From the NCBI GenBank assembly GCA_039096225.1, contig JBBPEB010000004.1, positions 248,001-312,000 on the forward strand: 64,000 nt of DNA. The letters run 5' to 3'. Shown in pieces: positions 1 through 14,263 of the stretch. The position numbers were made by a program, and so were the translations under genes. How positions within the stretch are numbered: the first letter of the stretch is position 1; each line of letters opens with the position of its first letter. Source of the DNA: Blastocystis sp. Blastoise (taxonomy: Eukaryota; Protista; Bigyra: Opalinata). Under the pieces are notes generated by a model. The model was not told where the DNA came from. It made no database searches and worked only from the letters and a program-made list of their open reading frames with translations.

Positions 1-26
1 GATCATTATATCCGATCGTCTATATC

Positions 27-1793
27 ATGCCTTTTCTTATAAATAATTCATATATAAAGTATGTTCTTGAGATCATTCTGTGAGTTACTTGATCCATATG
101 TTTAGTTACTGCTGTATATATTATATTATTCTATAGTACGTTGGTTCTAGTGATCATTGCTTTATTTCTGTTTCTTATTATTACAACTGATTCACCATCC
201 AAAATTATTCTTAGTAGTTTCATGATTTCTCATTCTTCTATTTACTCAAGCAAGGACACTCTGAATGTAGTGAAAAACAAACCACGAAATATCTATCATT
301 ATTTTGATCATTATCCTATTAAGCCTAAAAATTCCAGTTTCCCAATTCGTCCTACTCTTATTATTGTAATTAAAACAAAGAAGATAACAGAAAAAACACT
401 TGAATTATCAATATTGAATTCTATTCATATAGATCGTCAACAAATCTTTATTATTCAAACAAATTCTCCAAATGAATCTCAATATTTTCCCTATGAATCT
501 ACAATTTGTTCTAATATTTCATTTCCTTATTGTATCTACACAAATTATGATCAAACTGATAATTTTTCTTTCTTTTTATCAATTTTTTATCCTTCAGATT
601 ATGTTTTATATATAGATGAAGATCAATTAACTTTAGATATAAAAGAAAAATTAACTAATGAATGGCTTACAAATGCAATTAATTCTATTGAAACTAATGA
701 TATTAATTTATTTTCTTGTTCATTAACAGTCAATTATTTTTTTCATAGAAATTATATTCAAATGAATGCATGCTTATTGATGAAGCAAGCATTAATTCGT
801 AAAATACTAAGTTATACATCTATTAATAAAAATATTATAAGTATTATAGATTATATTCCTTATTTCTTTCAAATAGAAAATAAAACTATGTTTTATGATT
901 CATTTATTATTAGTAAAACATATCATCCCATGACTTATCCTTCTCTTCTTCCTCAAGTTTTTAAATGTACTTATAATAATGATAATAAAAGTGATAATTC
1001 ACTTACTTTATTATTACCTATATATAAGAGAATAACTTCTATAAATATACTAAATCTCCTAGAAAAACAAACAAAGAAACCAGATATTATTATTATATTA
1101 CAAAATTTACATTATATAGAATTTCCAAAAGAAGCGTTTCTTAATCGAACTATGCCTACTTATTATATATGGTGTAGTAACTGGAATAGTAAATATCATA
1201 TGAAAACATTCTTAGCTTCTCTATTTACTACTACATTTGCAATGACAACCGATGATGATTATTATATTGATGATTATAATGCTATTAATAATACTTTATC
1301 TTTATTAAATAAAAAAGAATCTATGTATGGTGTTTGGGGAGGAATGAATTTAAGAGATATTAATGATCAACATTTTTCAAATGTAAAAAGAGATCATAAT
1401 TTAGTAGATCATGCTGCATATATAGTATTTTTTAGACCTAGAATGTCTAAAATAAACATGAGATATAATCAAGCTACTTATTATGCTGGAGAAGATATTG
1501 GTTTAGGAGCTATTAATTATTTAGAATGTAATACTACTAGTTATATAACTAACTTTCGTTCTCATAATCATTCAGATGATGAATTTAGATCAATTATTCA
1601 AAATGATGATACAATGATTGTGAACAGTTATAAAAATATAACTAATCCTAATAATACAAAATTCCTTGTTAATATGAGTTATAATAAGATTTATAATTAT
1701 TATTTAACTATTGGATTCAAAAGCTATTTCTATCGAATATCAAATGAAACTGTTACTAGTACTCATAATGCTAGGTTACCCATTGAATTTTAA
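27..1793 (+). CDS. Type II membrane glycosyltransferase, GT-A/GT2-like, probably two tandem domains
   Basis: ATG27 plus a GT-AG intron (59-136) joins the 550-aa ORF. N-terminal TM anchor; DxD-like motifs VLYIDED and MTTDDDYY; GT2-like start LTLLLPIYKR...LEKQTKKPDIIIILQN. Confidence 0.65.
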
Positions 1794-2387
1794 GAAATTA
1801 TTTTTCTTCTTATTCAAGATGCTATTGTTGTAAATATTCTACTATCTTGCTATATATAAAAAGAACTTATATATAAAAATATATCAATTTAAAATATTTA
1901 AAGAGTATTTTGATTATACTTCTTTATAATTATCATTCTTTTTTGAGTAATCAAGATTTAAAAGTTATTTTGAGAAATAACTACAATATTTGCCGACTTT
2001 TGTTACTTATATAAAAATATAATTGAGAACTATGTATCACGATGAGTACATAATTTAAACAAAATCACAAAATCCGTTTATTTACAATAATAATAACAAT
2101 TCTTAAAAATTATATCATTCAATAAGCAGTCAAAGGACGACTAAAACTATAAAAATAATATTTTTATTTGTTATAGTATGAAGTCAAAAATTCTTAATTA
2201 TTCGTGTTTATGAAGAGAAAGTCTGTAAATAAAACTAGATTACCGTAATTATCAGAGACTTCATGGGATTCACTTTGTTTTTTTTTTAAACAGTTGATGA
2301 GTGACGTAAGTAGAATTTTTTTGAAACACAAAAAATTATGGTGATTTGTTGATAGATGCTTTAATTCTCTATTGACTAACGCTAATC

Positions 2388-4097
2388 ATGGAAACTTCAC
2401 CTCAAGCTATCGTATACTATATAGGGTTTCTGATAACCATTATATTTATCATATTTCCTATGTCCATTACAATTAAGAAACGAAAAATCACATTAGATTA
2501 TTCAAATATGCCTATTATAATTGTTCTGATCCTTACCCTAAGTACTTGCGTGCCTATTGAAGTTTTTATTCGTGGTATTTTAGGAAAATATTCTCCATCT
2601 TTTGCTTCTGATGTTAATAGTTCTAGTGAACTTGTGCCATTAACTGTTATTATCTTATTTTTATCGTTGGCATATGTCTGTTTGTCTGCTGATGATACTG
2701 GTCTTTTTAAATTTGTTGCTAATAAGCTTGCTGTTCTAGCTCTGAAATCAAAAGATCCTGATATTGTAGGTTTAACTTGTTTCTATTTATTTTCAGCTAT
2801 TTTTACGCTTGTTACAAGTAATGATATTGTTGTATTAACATTAACTCCAATTATTTTACAATTTATCTCTTCAACAAAATCAAAAGGTCTTCTTCCACTT
2901 CTTCTTGCTCAGTTCACAGCTGCTAATTCATTTTCTGCTGGTTTATTAAGTGGTAATCCATCAAATATTATTCTTACTTCTGTATTTAGAATCGATTTTA
3001 TTACATATTTAAAGAATTTACTTTTACCTGCTATTGTTTCAGGTCTTGTTATCTATATTTATTGCTATATTTTATCAAAATCAATTAATTCAAAAAAATC
3101 CAAAATTATTCCTCATAAACAAATATCATCAACTGTTTCTATTGATATAATAGCAAATAATAAAGATAATAAAGATAATAAAGATAATAAAGATAATAAT
3201 AATAAAGATAATAATAATAATATTACTAATAATAATATTGAAAATAGTGATAAATTAGAAATTAAAAATAATGAAAATATAATTGTCTCCTCTTCTACTG
3301 TTATTCCTCCAACAGCATCTCCTTCTATTACTACACAAACAATAAAATCAGAAGATAATAATAATAAAAATAATATTTCAAATTCTATAAAAATTGAAGC
3401 TAATAAAAAATTAGTAAAAGGTGAATATTTATCAGGTAATGCAAAAGTCTCTATTTTCTTGGTTATTTTACTTTTGGTTTCATTCATTTTATCTTCTCCT
3501 ATTCAATCAGCTTATCCTAGTTTTGAAATATGGTATGTTGCTGTATTTATGTTAGTAATTACTTTAATAAAAGATATTCTATTTAAATGTGTTGACCATT
3601 CTTTATCTATATGGACTATTATTACTAAATTACCTTGGAAAGTACCTCTTTTCTTATTTGCTATGTTTATATTAGTAGAAGGAGGTGTTTATTATGGATT
3701 AATACATGATATCGCTTTATTATTAACGAATTATATTGTTATTCCTGGATTACAAAATTATGGTGAATATCCTATTGTTTTATTTTTTATTATACTTACT
3801 TGTATTGCTTGTTGCATTTTTAATAATTTACCTGCTACTATAGTGTTATCACGTATTTTAAATGAACCTATTCTATTAGAAGCTCTTGGTAAAACAGGTA
3901 CTTTAGTTGTATATGCTACTTCAGCTGGTACAAATTTTGGTGCTTGTATATTACCTCATTGTGCATTAGCAGGATTAATGTGGTCTTCTATGATTGATGA
4001 TAAACAAGTATTAAAGAAAATATGGATACACGGAAGTATATTATGTTTATTAATGTGCTTTGTTTGTACGGGTATTCAAATGCTTCAAACATTATAA
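2388..4097 (+). CDS. ArsB/NhaD-superfamily membrane transporter (arsenical pump-like), intronless
   Basis: 569-aa ORF with about 12 hydrophobic helices, motifs TSNDIVVLTLTP, GNPSNII and NNLPAT, and a central Asn-rich loop. Confidence 0.8.
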   Translation: METSPQAIVYYIGFLITIIFIIFPMSITIKKRKITLDYSNMPIIIVLILTLSTCVPIEVFIRGILGKYSPSFASDVNSSSELVPLTVIILFLSLAYVCLSADDTGLFKFVANKLAVLALKSKDPDIVGLTCFYLFSAIFTLVTSNDIVVLTLTPIILQFISSTKSKGLLPLLLAQFTAANSFSAGLLSGNPSNIILTSVFRIDFITYLKNLLLPAIVSGLVIYIYCYILSKSINSKKSKIIPHKQISSTVSIDIIANNKDNKDNKDNKDNNNKDNNNNITNNNIENSDKLEIKNNENIIVSSSTVIPPTASPSITTQTIKSEDNNNKNNISNSIKIEANKKLVKGEYLSGNAKVSIFLVILLLVSFILSSPIQSAYPSFEIWYVAVFMLVITLIKDILFKCVDHSLSIWTIITKLPWKVPLFLFAMFILVEGGVYYGLIHDIALLLTNYIVIPGLQNYGEYPIVLFFIILTCIACCIFNNLPATIVLSRILNEPILLEALGKTGTLVVYATSAGTNFGACILPHCALAGLMWSSMIDDKQVLKKIWIHGSILCLLMCFVCTGIQMLQTL

Positions 4098-4672
4098 AAA
4101 AATATATATATATTTTATAATATTTTATATAGTTTTTTTTAAACAATGAGTAACCTATTTTATATATATATATATATATTTTGATTTTATATACTTTTTT
4201 CTTCATTTAATTCTATTTTTATTATACATATAACTTGTGTTTTTTTTGTTAATATTCTATAACTTTTATAGGTTGTTCTTAGTATATATATATTGATATA
4301 TATCTATATGTAACAACTGTTCATTCTTTAGAAATGTTATTAAATCAATTTTACTCTTTATTTTTATTATTTTGTTTTATATTGTTGTTTTTTTTTAAAT
4401 ATATATTTCCACATTAATTAAATACATATCTTTTTAATGTTAACAATACAATATTTAAAAAAAAGCCATAAAACAAAGTTTAATAAACATATTCAGAGAA
4501 TAAGTGTTTTCATTGATGGAACAATAATAGATATAAAAAAAGAATGGAAACTAAATATATAGAAAAGAAGAGAAAAAAAAAGAAATCTAGATGATAATAA
4601 TAATAATATAAAAGAATTGTTTATAACAATAACGTTAATTATATATGAAAAAAAAATGTAATGTTATATATT

Positions 4673-5585
4673 TTAATGAGAAGAATCAACTTCATCACCA
4701 TTCTCATTGATTTTACTAGTTTCTTCTTCAGGTAGTTCATGTTCATGAACTGGATCTGTTTCCACTTTTTCTCCTTTTTCTTCTTCTTCAATAATAGTAA
4801 TAAACTGACCATTTAAATCTGCATTAATATTAGTTAAGACAGATTCAGTCAATTTCCAGAATTCAGAAGCAAATGGTTTTTCACCTAACTATATTAATAA
4901 TATATTATAGAATTCTTTTTTATATTTAACATAATAATAATATAATAATATAATATAATATAATATACATCATATACATTAAAAACACCAATATAATATA
5001 ATTCCTTTAAGAGAATAAGAAGTAAACGTTCATTTTCTTTCATTAATGTACTTTCTTTAACGCTTATACTCTCTACAAATTGGAAGATACTTAATGTCTA
5101 TATATATATATAAATGTATAGTTAATAATAATTTTTAGATTTATATTTATAAATTATTATTATTATATAAATATACTTGATCCCATATTTTATAGAAGTT
5201 TTCATTCATAACAATACTTTCTAATCTATAAGTAAGTATATTCACCATAACTACTAAAGCGAGGGAAACGACAGGATTAGCAGGAATACGAGATACACGA
5301 TAACGTAATACACTATTCGGATTTCTATATATAGGATTATATATATAGGATTATATATATAGGATTATATATATAGGATTATATATATAGGATTATATAT
5401 ATAGAATTATATATATATAGGATTATATACATAGGATTATATATATAAATATATATATACTCTTTTACGCCAACAATATCCATAAGAATATCTTTTAACG
5501 TTGGATGAAGCACGTGTAAAATACAATTACACCATTGGTCACTATTTAATAAATTTGTTCTATGATCCAATAACATCGACTATAG

Positions 5586-5659
<74 letters not shown>

Positions 5660-6306
5660 TACATCTAATGCTTTTAATGCCTTCATTCGCACTTGAACAC
5701 GTTTATCGTTACAAGCTGTTGTAACTGTACGAAGAACAGAAAACCATGAATTCGTCCAAGTAATATCTTCATTTGTTTCTGATTGTAATAAACACATAAT
5801 ATTATTATGTAAACAAAAACAATAATCTAATATATCCATTACCATAGTAGCAGAAACATAAGTAGTTTGTATAAATATCGTAAGAGTAGAAGCAAATGAT
5901 ATAGGAATACATTGTTTCAATTCTTCATTAGTAAATATATAATGTAATGTCTGATAATTATAACTATATATAAAGAATAGAATATAGAATAGTATATAAT
6001 ATAGAAATAGTATATATATTATATAGAAATAGAGAAAAAAAAATAAAAATAATAGATATTATAGAAATAAAGAATATTATAGAATAAAGAATAATATAGA
6101 ATATATAATAATATAGAATATAGAATAATATAGAATATAGAATAATATAGAATATATAATTGACAGTATTAGGTAGATTAGCACAAGCGTCAATAATCTT
6201 TTGCATTTCTGCCCAATGGCCTTGGCTGGATATATATATACCTTTATGAAGGAATAACTATAGAAATAAATAATAAGTTTATATAATACATATCAAAGTA
6301 AGTAAG

Positions 6307-6341
<35 letters not shown>

Positions 6342-7024
6342 TTGATATAATCCCGAAGTTATTTGAGGAGCAATTGCAATAAAACAATCACGATTAATCA
6401 TAAGAAGATGAGATAAACATAATAATAAATCTTCACCTTGTTCATCGTTAATAATATAAATACAAAGACGGAATATCATTTCTACTAACTTATCTACTTC
6501 TAATGACGCACTCTCCGTCGATTTAAACACTTCATCAATATACTTTTGTATATCAGGCCAAACAAGAGTATATCGTTCTTTATTCTTAATTAATATTTCA
6601 GTTAATAACTGAATACAAAAAACTTTGGTGAATTGACAAGCAATAACTCTTGACTATATATATAATTATTATTATATATATATATATATATATATACAGA
6701 ATTATAAGGTTCGCCAGCTACACGATTATCCATTTCTATATATATATATATATATAATTATATATATATATATACAATTAAATATAATTATATATATATA
6801 CGATAAGGTGTTTTACACATTTTAAGTATAGCTTTAGTAAATAGATCTAACGTGACTCCTGACCAATTTGTAGTTTGTTCTATAAATATATCTAAACGAC
6901 ATTTATTAATACACTCAAATGCCTATATATACATAAATATATATATAATATTAAATATTAAAAAAAAATTATTAATAATAAAAAAAATATTATATATAAT
7001 AAATTAAATACAATAAGCAAAAGA

Positions 7025-7055
<31 letters not shown>

Positions 7056-9238
7056 CAACTTCAGCTAAGAATATATGTTGTTTGTCTCCAGTTTCATTAT
7101 CAATAATAGTATCTGTATTAATATCTTCAGCTTCATTTGGATATATAGTAATAGTAGTACCTTGTTTATCATTATGTATATCTCTTTGTTTTAACCATTT
7201 TTCTAATTCTAAGGGTAATGCAGATATTGTAGCTAATGCTATTTCTTTAGTCGAAATAGTATTCCGTGTATCTGTGGGGGGTCCATTAACAGGAGAACTA
7301 GTAGCATTTACAACAGCAGTAGTAGGTGAAAGAGTATTATTAGTATTACTATTATTATTATTATTATTATTATTAGCATTATTATTATTAGTATTATTAG
7401 TATTAGTATTAGTATTATTAGTAATAGAAGTAGGTAGTTTATAGGTATAGAGATGAAGAGGAACAATTGATAATGATGACTGTAATAAGGATAAATTATT
7501 CGAAAATAAAGCAAACCAATAAACTGGAGATAAAGGTAATTTTTGAATTGATAAATCTTCTTTGATTTGTTGTTGGTTCCAAGAGAGTAATTTATTCACA
7601 AGATTTGAATCTAAACTCTTCATAGCTTCCGTATTAATACTATTAAATACAAAACTATAGAAAGCTTGTCGTTCTACAGGTGTAATAAAATCAACATCTG
7701 ATTCTCTGTATAGAGCAGAAGGGAGTAATCCCAGGAAGAATAAATGAATTATACATTGTAACTATATATATAAATTATTATTATGACTAAAAAAAATTAT
7801 TACTATAAAAAACTTATTTTAATAATAATTATATATATATATTAATAATGATTATGGGTAAAAAAAATAATAATAAAAGTAAATAATTCTTTTGATAATA
7901 ATCTAATTATATACGACTTTATCCCAGCTCTTTTGAATATCATTAGGTAATTTACGAATAACTCCAAAGAGAGTTACTAATGACATTTGACAACTAGGTT
8001 TTGATCCAAGACGATATACAAAATGAATAGGATTATTGATATTTTGACTATCTATATATTCTGTAGGAAGAGAAGAATATTTAGATAATAATGTTATAAT
8101 TTCATCCATAATTACCTATATATATATATATATATATATAGAATTATTTATTTATAAAGAATAGATACTATTCTAATTAGAGAAAATAAATATATATATA
8201 TATATATATATATAATAAAAAGAGAATAATAATAAATATAATATTAAATATATACATTCATATTATAATGACTAGCTATATGTGCACAAGTAATAAATCC
8301 ATCTCTGGCATATTCAAGACTATATCGATCATCAGTAGCCTCTAATAATGCTCCTGCTGAGGATAATACCATTGGCCAAATTATACTAAATATATCACGA
8401 TCATACCTATATATATATTATTATTATTATTATTATGTTATTATTATTATATTTAAGAATGTGATCATAAAAACTATAGTATAAAAACTATAGTATATAT
8501 ATATATATATACATAGCTTGGAATTCTTTATGATTAACATCTTCCTATAAATTTATTAATATTAATAATAATATATAATATATATATATATAATATATAC
8601 AATAAAATCTTCTTTCTTATGACAAACCAGATATTTATTTTCTTGAGTTCTACTTAATCTCATTATATTAGCCCATTGCTCAGGACGAAGAACATTCGAT
8701 GTTATAGAAGACTATATATATATATTAATAAATAATAAAAAATAGTAAAATTAAAAAAAATATATATATTGTATAAACAATGAAAAATAAGATATAAAAA
8801 TAGTATAAAATAAACATAATAATAATATATATATACTTCTTCAGAAGTAAGAATTTGCTCACTAGCAATACTTTTATAAATATCTTTTAAGAATTCTTCA
8901 GGTAATTCTTTGCCTTTATTTAATTCACCATACGATTTATTTAATTTGACAAAATCTTTTAATTGCATTTTACGCTCAGGTTTCATGTAAAACATTATAT
9001 TAAGGATATATATATATATTTATTTATTTACATATATATATAAAAGGATATATTAGGATTATGTAAATCTGTATTTAACATAATAATAGAAAAACAAAGA
9101 CAATAACTATATATATATATATTCATAAATATTGAAATGATTCTTTGAAAAAAATGAATTGATATATATATATACGTAACATCTGGATTAATAAGATATT
9201 CATGATCACTTGTTTGTTCATATGCATAATTAGCAAAG

Positions 9239-9277
<39 letters not shown>

Positions 9278-9842
9278 TCAATTATATTGATAATACAACA
9301 GTATAAAATAATATATATATATATATACTTCCATAATACGATCAATTTGTTGTGCTTCTCCGGGTAAACGGAATGTTTCTAAGAACATTCTTAAAGCATT
9401 TAAAATACATATATCTTTAAAATCAAATGTAGCTACAAATTCTTTTAGAACTTCGATATTAAAATCATTATTCTTTCCTAAATATTGACCTACTGATGGT
9501 TTATCTAAATTTGGTGTAAAACGTAAAATATGAGCTAAATCTAGAGCTGTGGCAGGATTAGGAATAACACCTATATATATATATAGAGTATTATAAATAA
9601 TATAATTATAATTATAATTTATATTATTATAAAAATGTAAAATGTAATAATAAAATAATAATAAAGAAATAATAATATATATCTATATATATATATATAC
9701 CTGCTTCTTGTAAGTATTTAATACCTAGTTTTGGATCACTATTAAATATAGTAGCACCTTTTAATAAGGTTCGTTTCTTTAATTTCTTTTGCCATAATAT
9801 TTGAGCAGATTCATGATGACGACGTGTATCTGATAATATTAC

Positions 9843-9878
<36 letters not shown>

Positions 9879-11147
9879 CTTATTACATTTTTAATTCTTA
9901 TTAATGATATAAAATAAATAAATAAATAAATAATAATAATAACAAAATAAAAATAAATAAATAAATAAATAATAATACTAATAATAACAAAAAATAAATA
10001 AACAAATAAAATAATAATACTAATAATAACAAAATAAAAATAAATAAATAAATAAATAATAATATAGAATAATAAATACTATTAAGAGGTGTAGGATGTT
10101 GAAGTTCGTTACATCGAAAGTCAATATGTTTAATACCGCTATATAATATACGAAGAGCAACACGAGGAGCAGTAGAACCAGTAATTAAGCTATCTTTAAC
10201 TGTCTCATTCAACTATATATATTATATTATGAAATAAAAAGATTATTATTCAATAATATAAATTGAAATAAATATAAAAATAAAATAAATAAATATAATA
10301 AATATAAATATATACAGCATTATAGAGTGATTCTAATAAATCTTGTCTTTGACTATCACAATCATAATTAACATACATATCAATAAGAAAAGAAGGATCT
10401 GCAAATATATCTACTAATGTTTCTAATACTAATTCTTCAAATAATGGATTTGATTGTTTCATTTTTAATCCCCATATAATAACACGTTGAAAAAATACTT
10501 CTTGTTGTAATTTCATTCGAGATCTTAATACAGTTGAAATAACCGTGAATATACGCATACATTCAGTAACAATATCATAACTAGTACTTGATCTTTGTAT
10601 AAGCATAATAAGATGTTCAAAGATTTCATCAGATATAAGATGTAATATTTCTGGTATATGTGTTAATGTCGTTCCTGCAGTTTCAATTCCAAGACGAATT
10701 AATCGAATACACAGTAATAAAGAATCACTTGATTCTTCTTTAGATAAACCTACACCCATGGCCTATATATATATATATATATATATATTATTCTATTAAA
10801 ATATAATATGAACAATAGTATTAGTTAATATTAATTAATATATAAAAATAAATTTAAAAAAATTGGTATTAAATAGTATATAATAAAAACAATCAATATA
10901 TACATTAGGATTTATTCTTGTTGTTAAAAATGTTAATATTTTCGCAGCAATAGACACACCATAAGGTTTTGAAGTATCATATTGTATTTCTTCTTCCTAT
11001 TTATATAATTATTATTGAAGATATATAATATATAATATATAATTAGTTGAGTATATATATATATATTATATGTATATACATTGGGAGGTATAGTATAATC
11101 ATCATCAGCAAGGTGAAAGGAGAGACGAAGACATGGATCTCTCTTAG

Positions 11148-11220
<73 letters not shown>

Positions 11221-12432
11221 CTTTAAAAAATTCCATAAATAAAAAATAAAAAGAAACTATTAAAACCTATATATATATATATATATACTCAATTTCAGTT
11301 GTTTGAATATAAACATCATCTTCTTCAGTGACTTCTTTATCTTCTTCTTTTCCTTCTATTTGTTGTATATCTTTATTATTGATAGTACTCATCTTTCTAT
11401 TCTTTTCTTGTTTAGCTAATTGTTCTATAGTAATACTATCTTGTTCTTTTTCAGTCATAACAACACCTTTATAAAGATGACGAAATATAATACATGTTAT
11501 ATCATTTAATAAACGCTCTGCTATACGACGTAATACAGGAGAATATCCAGGCTATAAGTATAGAATTATTATATTTATAAATTATTATTATAAAATTGAA
11601 TTAAGTATAGAATTATTATAAAATTGAATTAATTATATTAATAATATAATAATAAATAATATAATATATAATAAACTATATTAATAATTTAAAAAAATAA
11701 TTAATATAATATATAATAAATCATATTAATAATAAATAAAATAAACAATATAAAACAAATAATTCAAATACTTCTTGAGAGCTAGCAAAAACAGTATCAA
11801 AAATCATCCAAACATCTTCATCTGATAATAGTCGACCAATAGGAAGAATGATAGAACTACGTAATAAATCAAGCATATGTACTAATACAACTTCATCTTG
11901 ATTCCGATCAGTGGCTTCAAATCGGCATTTAGCTACAGCTTCAAGCATTGTACTCATAGCTTTGGATACATTAGGAGAACTTGCTGATATAATACCTACA
12001 TGAAGAAAAGAATCTATAGCCATTAAAATTGAATCTACAATATAACCAGTAACTGAAGGACTTTTCAGTGTTTCAATAAAAGGAGCTAATAAAACTTCAG
12101 CATCCATCACCGTTGGATCTATAATCAAATAAATAAAAAATAAATAAATAATATCCATTTTAAAACAAGTTAAAGAAACACAATGTAAAAACAAATTGCA
12201 AACATTAAATAAATAATACTTTTTCTATTGAATAGCAATACAAATAATAATAAATCTATATACCTAAATATTTTTCAGTCATTTTATTTCTTAAATCAGA
12301 GAATTTTCTATAAATGGTTTGATCATTACTATCAATTTCATTGATATCAAATTCATCAGACCAACTTGAACTTTGTTTCAGACGATTCAAAACCGTTCGA
12401 ATCTCACCATTGACAATATTATGAGCTAACAT
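4673..12432 (-). CDS. GBF1: Large Sec7 Arf-GEF, GBF1/Gea/GNOM type, about 25 introns
   Basis: Spliced exons give DCB-like CRFEATDRNQDEVVL, HUS box YVNYDCD, and Sec7 motifs FRLPGEAQQIDRIME and IIMLNTDLHNPN. Stop TAA at 4673-4675. Confidence 0.9.
5326..5445. repeat. Intronic minisatellite, about 14-bp unit (tatatatataggat), about 8 copies
   Basis: Direct tandem copies inside a GBF1 intron. Confidence 0.85.
8987..9051 (-). other. U12-type AT-AC intron (65 nt, phase 0) in the GBF1 Sec7 domain
   Basis: 5' ATATCCTTTT, branch site ATCCTTAAT, 3' TTTTAC. Removal restores NTDLHNPN|MKPERKM. Confidence 0.93.
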
Positions 12433-12599
12433 TGTTGAGTTCTATAGTATACAATAATTATCATCAGAATCAAATAAAATAATCATAAAAAAATAAATAC
12501 TTGATTAAGTGAGAAGAAAAAACAAATTATTCATCAAATGTCTTTGGAAACAGAGTTTTTACTGAAAAAAAATAAATTTTTAGTGAAACTAAATGACGA

Positions 12600-12613
12600 T
12601 TTCATGATTATTT
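12600..12613. promoter_or_regulatory. Candidate promoter element TTTCATGATTATTT
   Basis: Identical 14-mer also at 24515 and 30821; all three are intergenic and upstream of a start codon. Confidence 0.45.
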
Positions 12614-12916
12614 ATGTACTGAAGAATTATTCTTTTTTTATTCGTATAGAAGTATATATTTTAAAGTAATATTAATATTAAATGAATAAAGAACAATTTA
12701 CGATAGTGAATCAAAGATAAGAGCTTTTATTTAAGGTTATTAAAAAATTATTCATACGTGTTTATAATTATTTATAAGGAATAAGATGTTTTATTATGCT
12801 ACCATAGTGTTTCTGATGTAATAAGGTAGTAATTTCAACATTATAATAATAGATTTTGTATTCTTGCTCTTTTTTTATGTTTAAAATCTAAAATAGAATT
12901 CACAAGCTATTTAATC

Positions 12917-13757
12917 ATGATATTTCTAAGTGATAACAATGATAGCGGAAATCAAAATAGAGTTATGAATAAAATAGTAATCAATAAGATATGTTATTAA
13001 TAAAGTGTCTATATTCACGTCTATATCTGTTATCCTTTCAATATATTTATAGTCAAAATTAAATGTATACAATGACAATAAAAGCAAAAAGGAAAAGAAC
13101 ACAATGGAAAAGTTTGAAAAACCGTAAAAGAAAAAGGAAAATGTCTGTAAAAAAAAATCTCTCGAAAATATTTTTTGATTCAAACAAAAACTTGTATAAT
13201 GTCATCACGTATTTGGATTTATATAATGTAAAATTATATGTAATATATATAGAAGAGAAGCAAGGTGAGGTTGTTCCACAAGAAACGTATTTTTTCATAA
13301 TTATATATTTTTGGTATCGTTATATAGTCCCATTGAATCTAAATACAACGTTCTAAAGGGATCTAAGCATAGCAGACTTCCTCGATCTGGATTGAATGCT
13401 AAAGGTTATAAGACAATGAAATCTGTACCTCCACGATTTGATCAACAATTAATGGAGACTAGATTGGAAGAAAGTATGAATTGTTGATTATATGTAATTT
13501 AATATTATTTTCTTTAGAATGTAAAAGTATTGAACGAACCATGGAAGAAAGTATTTTTTATACACAATTTTTCTATTATATGTTGTTCTCAGACTGTTAT
13601 TTATATTGATGATTAATGTTTTATGTATATAGATAAAATAAAAATTATTCTTGTTGAAGCGAATCCATCAATTCCTCCAATAAAACAAAGTTCAAAGCCA
13701 TTTAAAGAATTAATTTCGGATGCATTACAGCAATATCAATCTGTTAATTCCAAGTAA
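12917..13757 (+). CDS. Hypothetical protein, about 150-170 aa, multi-exon
   Basis: GT-AG splicing gives MIFLSDNND...SKLNVYND...PIESKYNVLKGSKHSRLPRSG...QQYQSVNSK*. No recognisable domain. Confidence 0.5.
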
Positions 13758-14263
13758 TTTTTTTGTTCTGGTGATAATCACTTTATTTCTTTTTTTACAC
13801 TTTTCTCATATGTATAGTTATTTTTAATATAACTATATATTTTTTTTAATTTATATTTTTAAGCATGTATATATATATTTTTTTTGTTTTGCAAAGAATT
13901 GGTTACATGATAGAAATCTTTGTTTTTTTTTTTTATTTTTATTTTATATTTATTATTTTATTTAAACATAAATCATAATAAACGACGTCATTTAAAGATT
14001 TTTATTTTCTTTTAAGATATATACACAAATAATTGATAATAAAGGCAAAGTACAATTTATAAAAAATAAAAGAATAGCTATATTGATTATAAATCAACTT
14101 GTATAAATATATATATGATATATAAAATATATATAATTTAGATTAAAGAATAAAAACTAGCAATTACATATAAATACCCAAGAAAAAAGAAATAAACAAG
14201 AAAAAAACAATTCTATAAGATAGAATAAATAAATATAGATATATATAAAGAATTGAGTATAAA

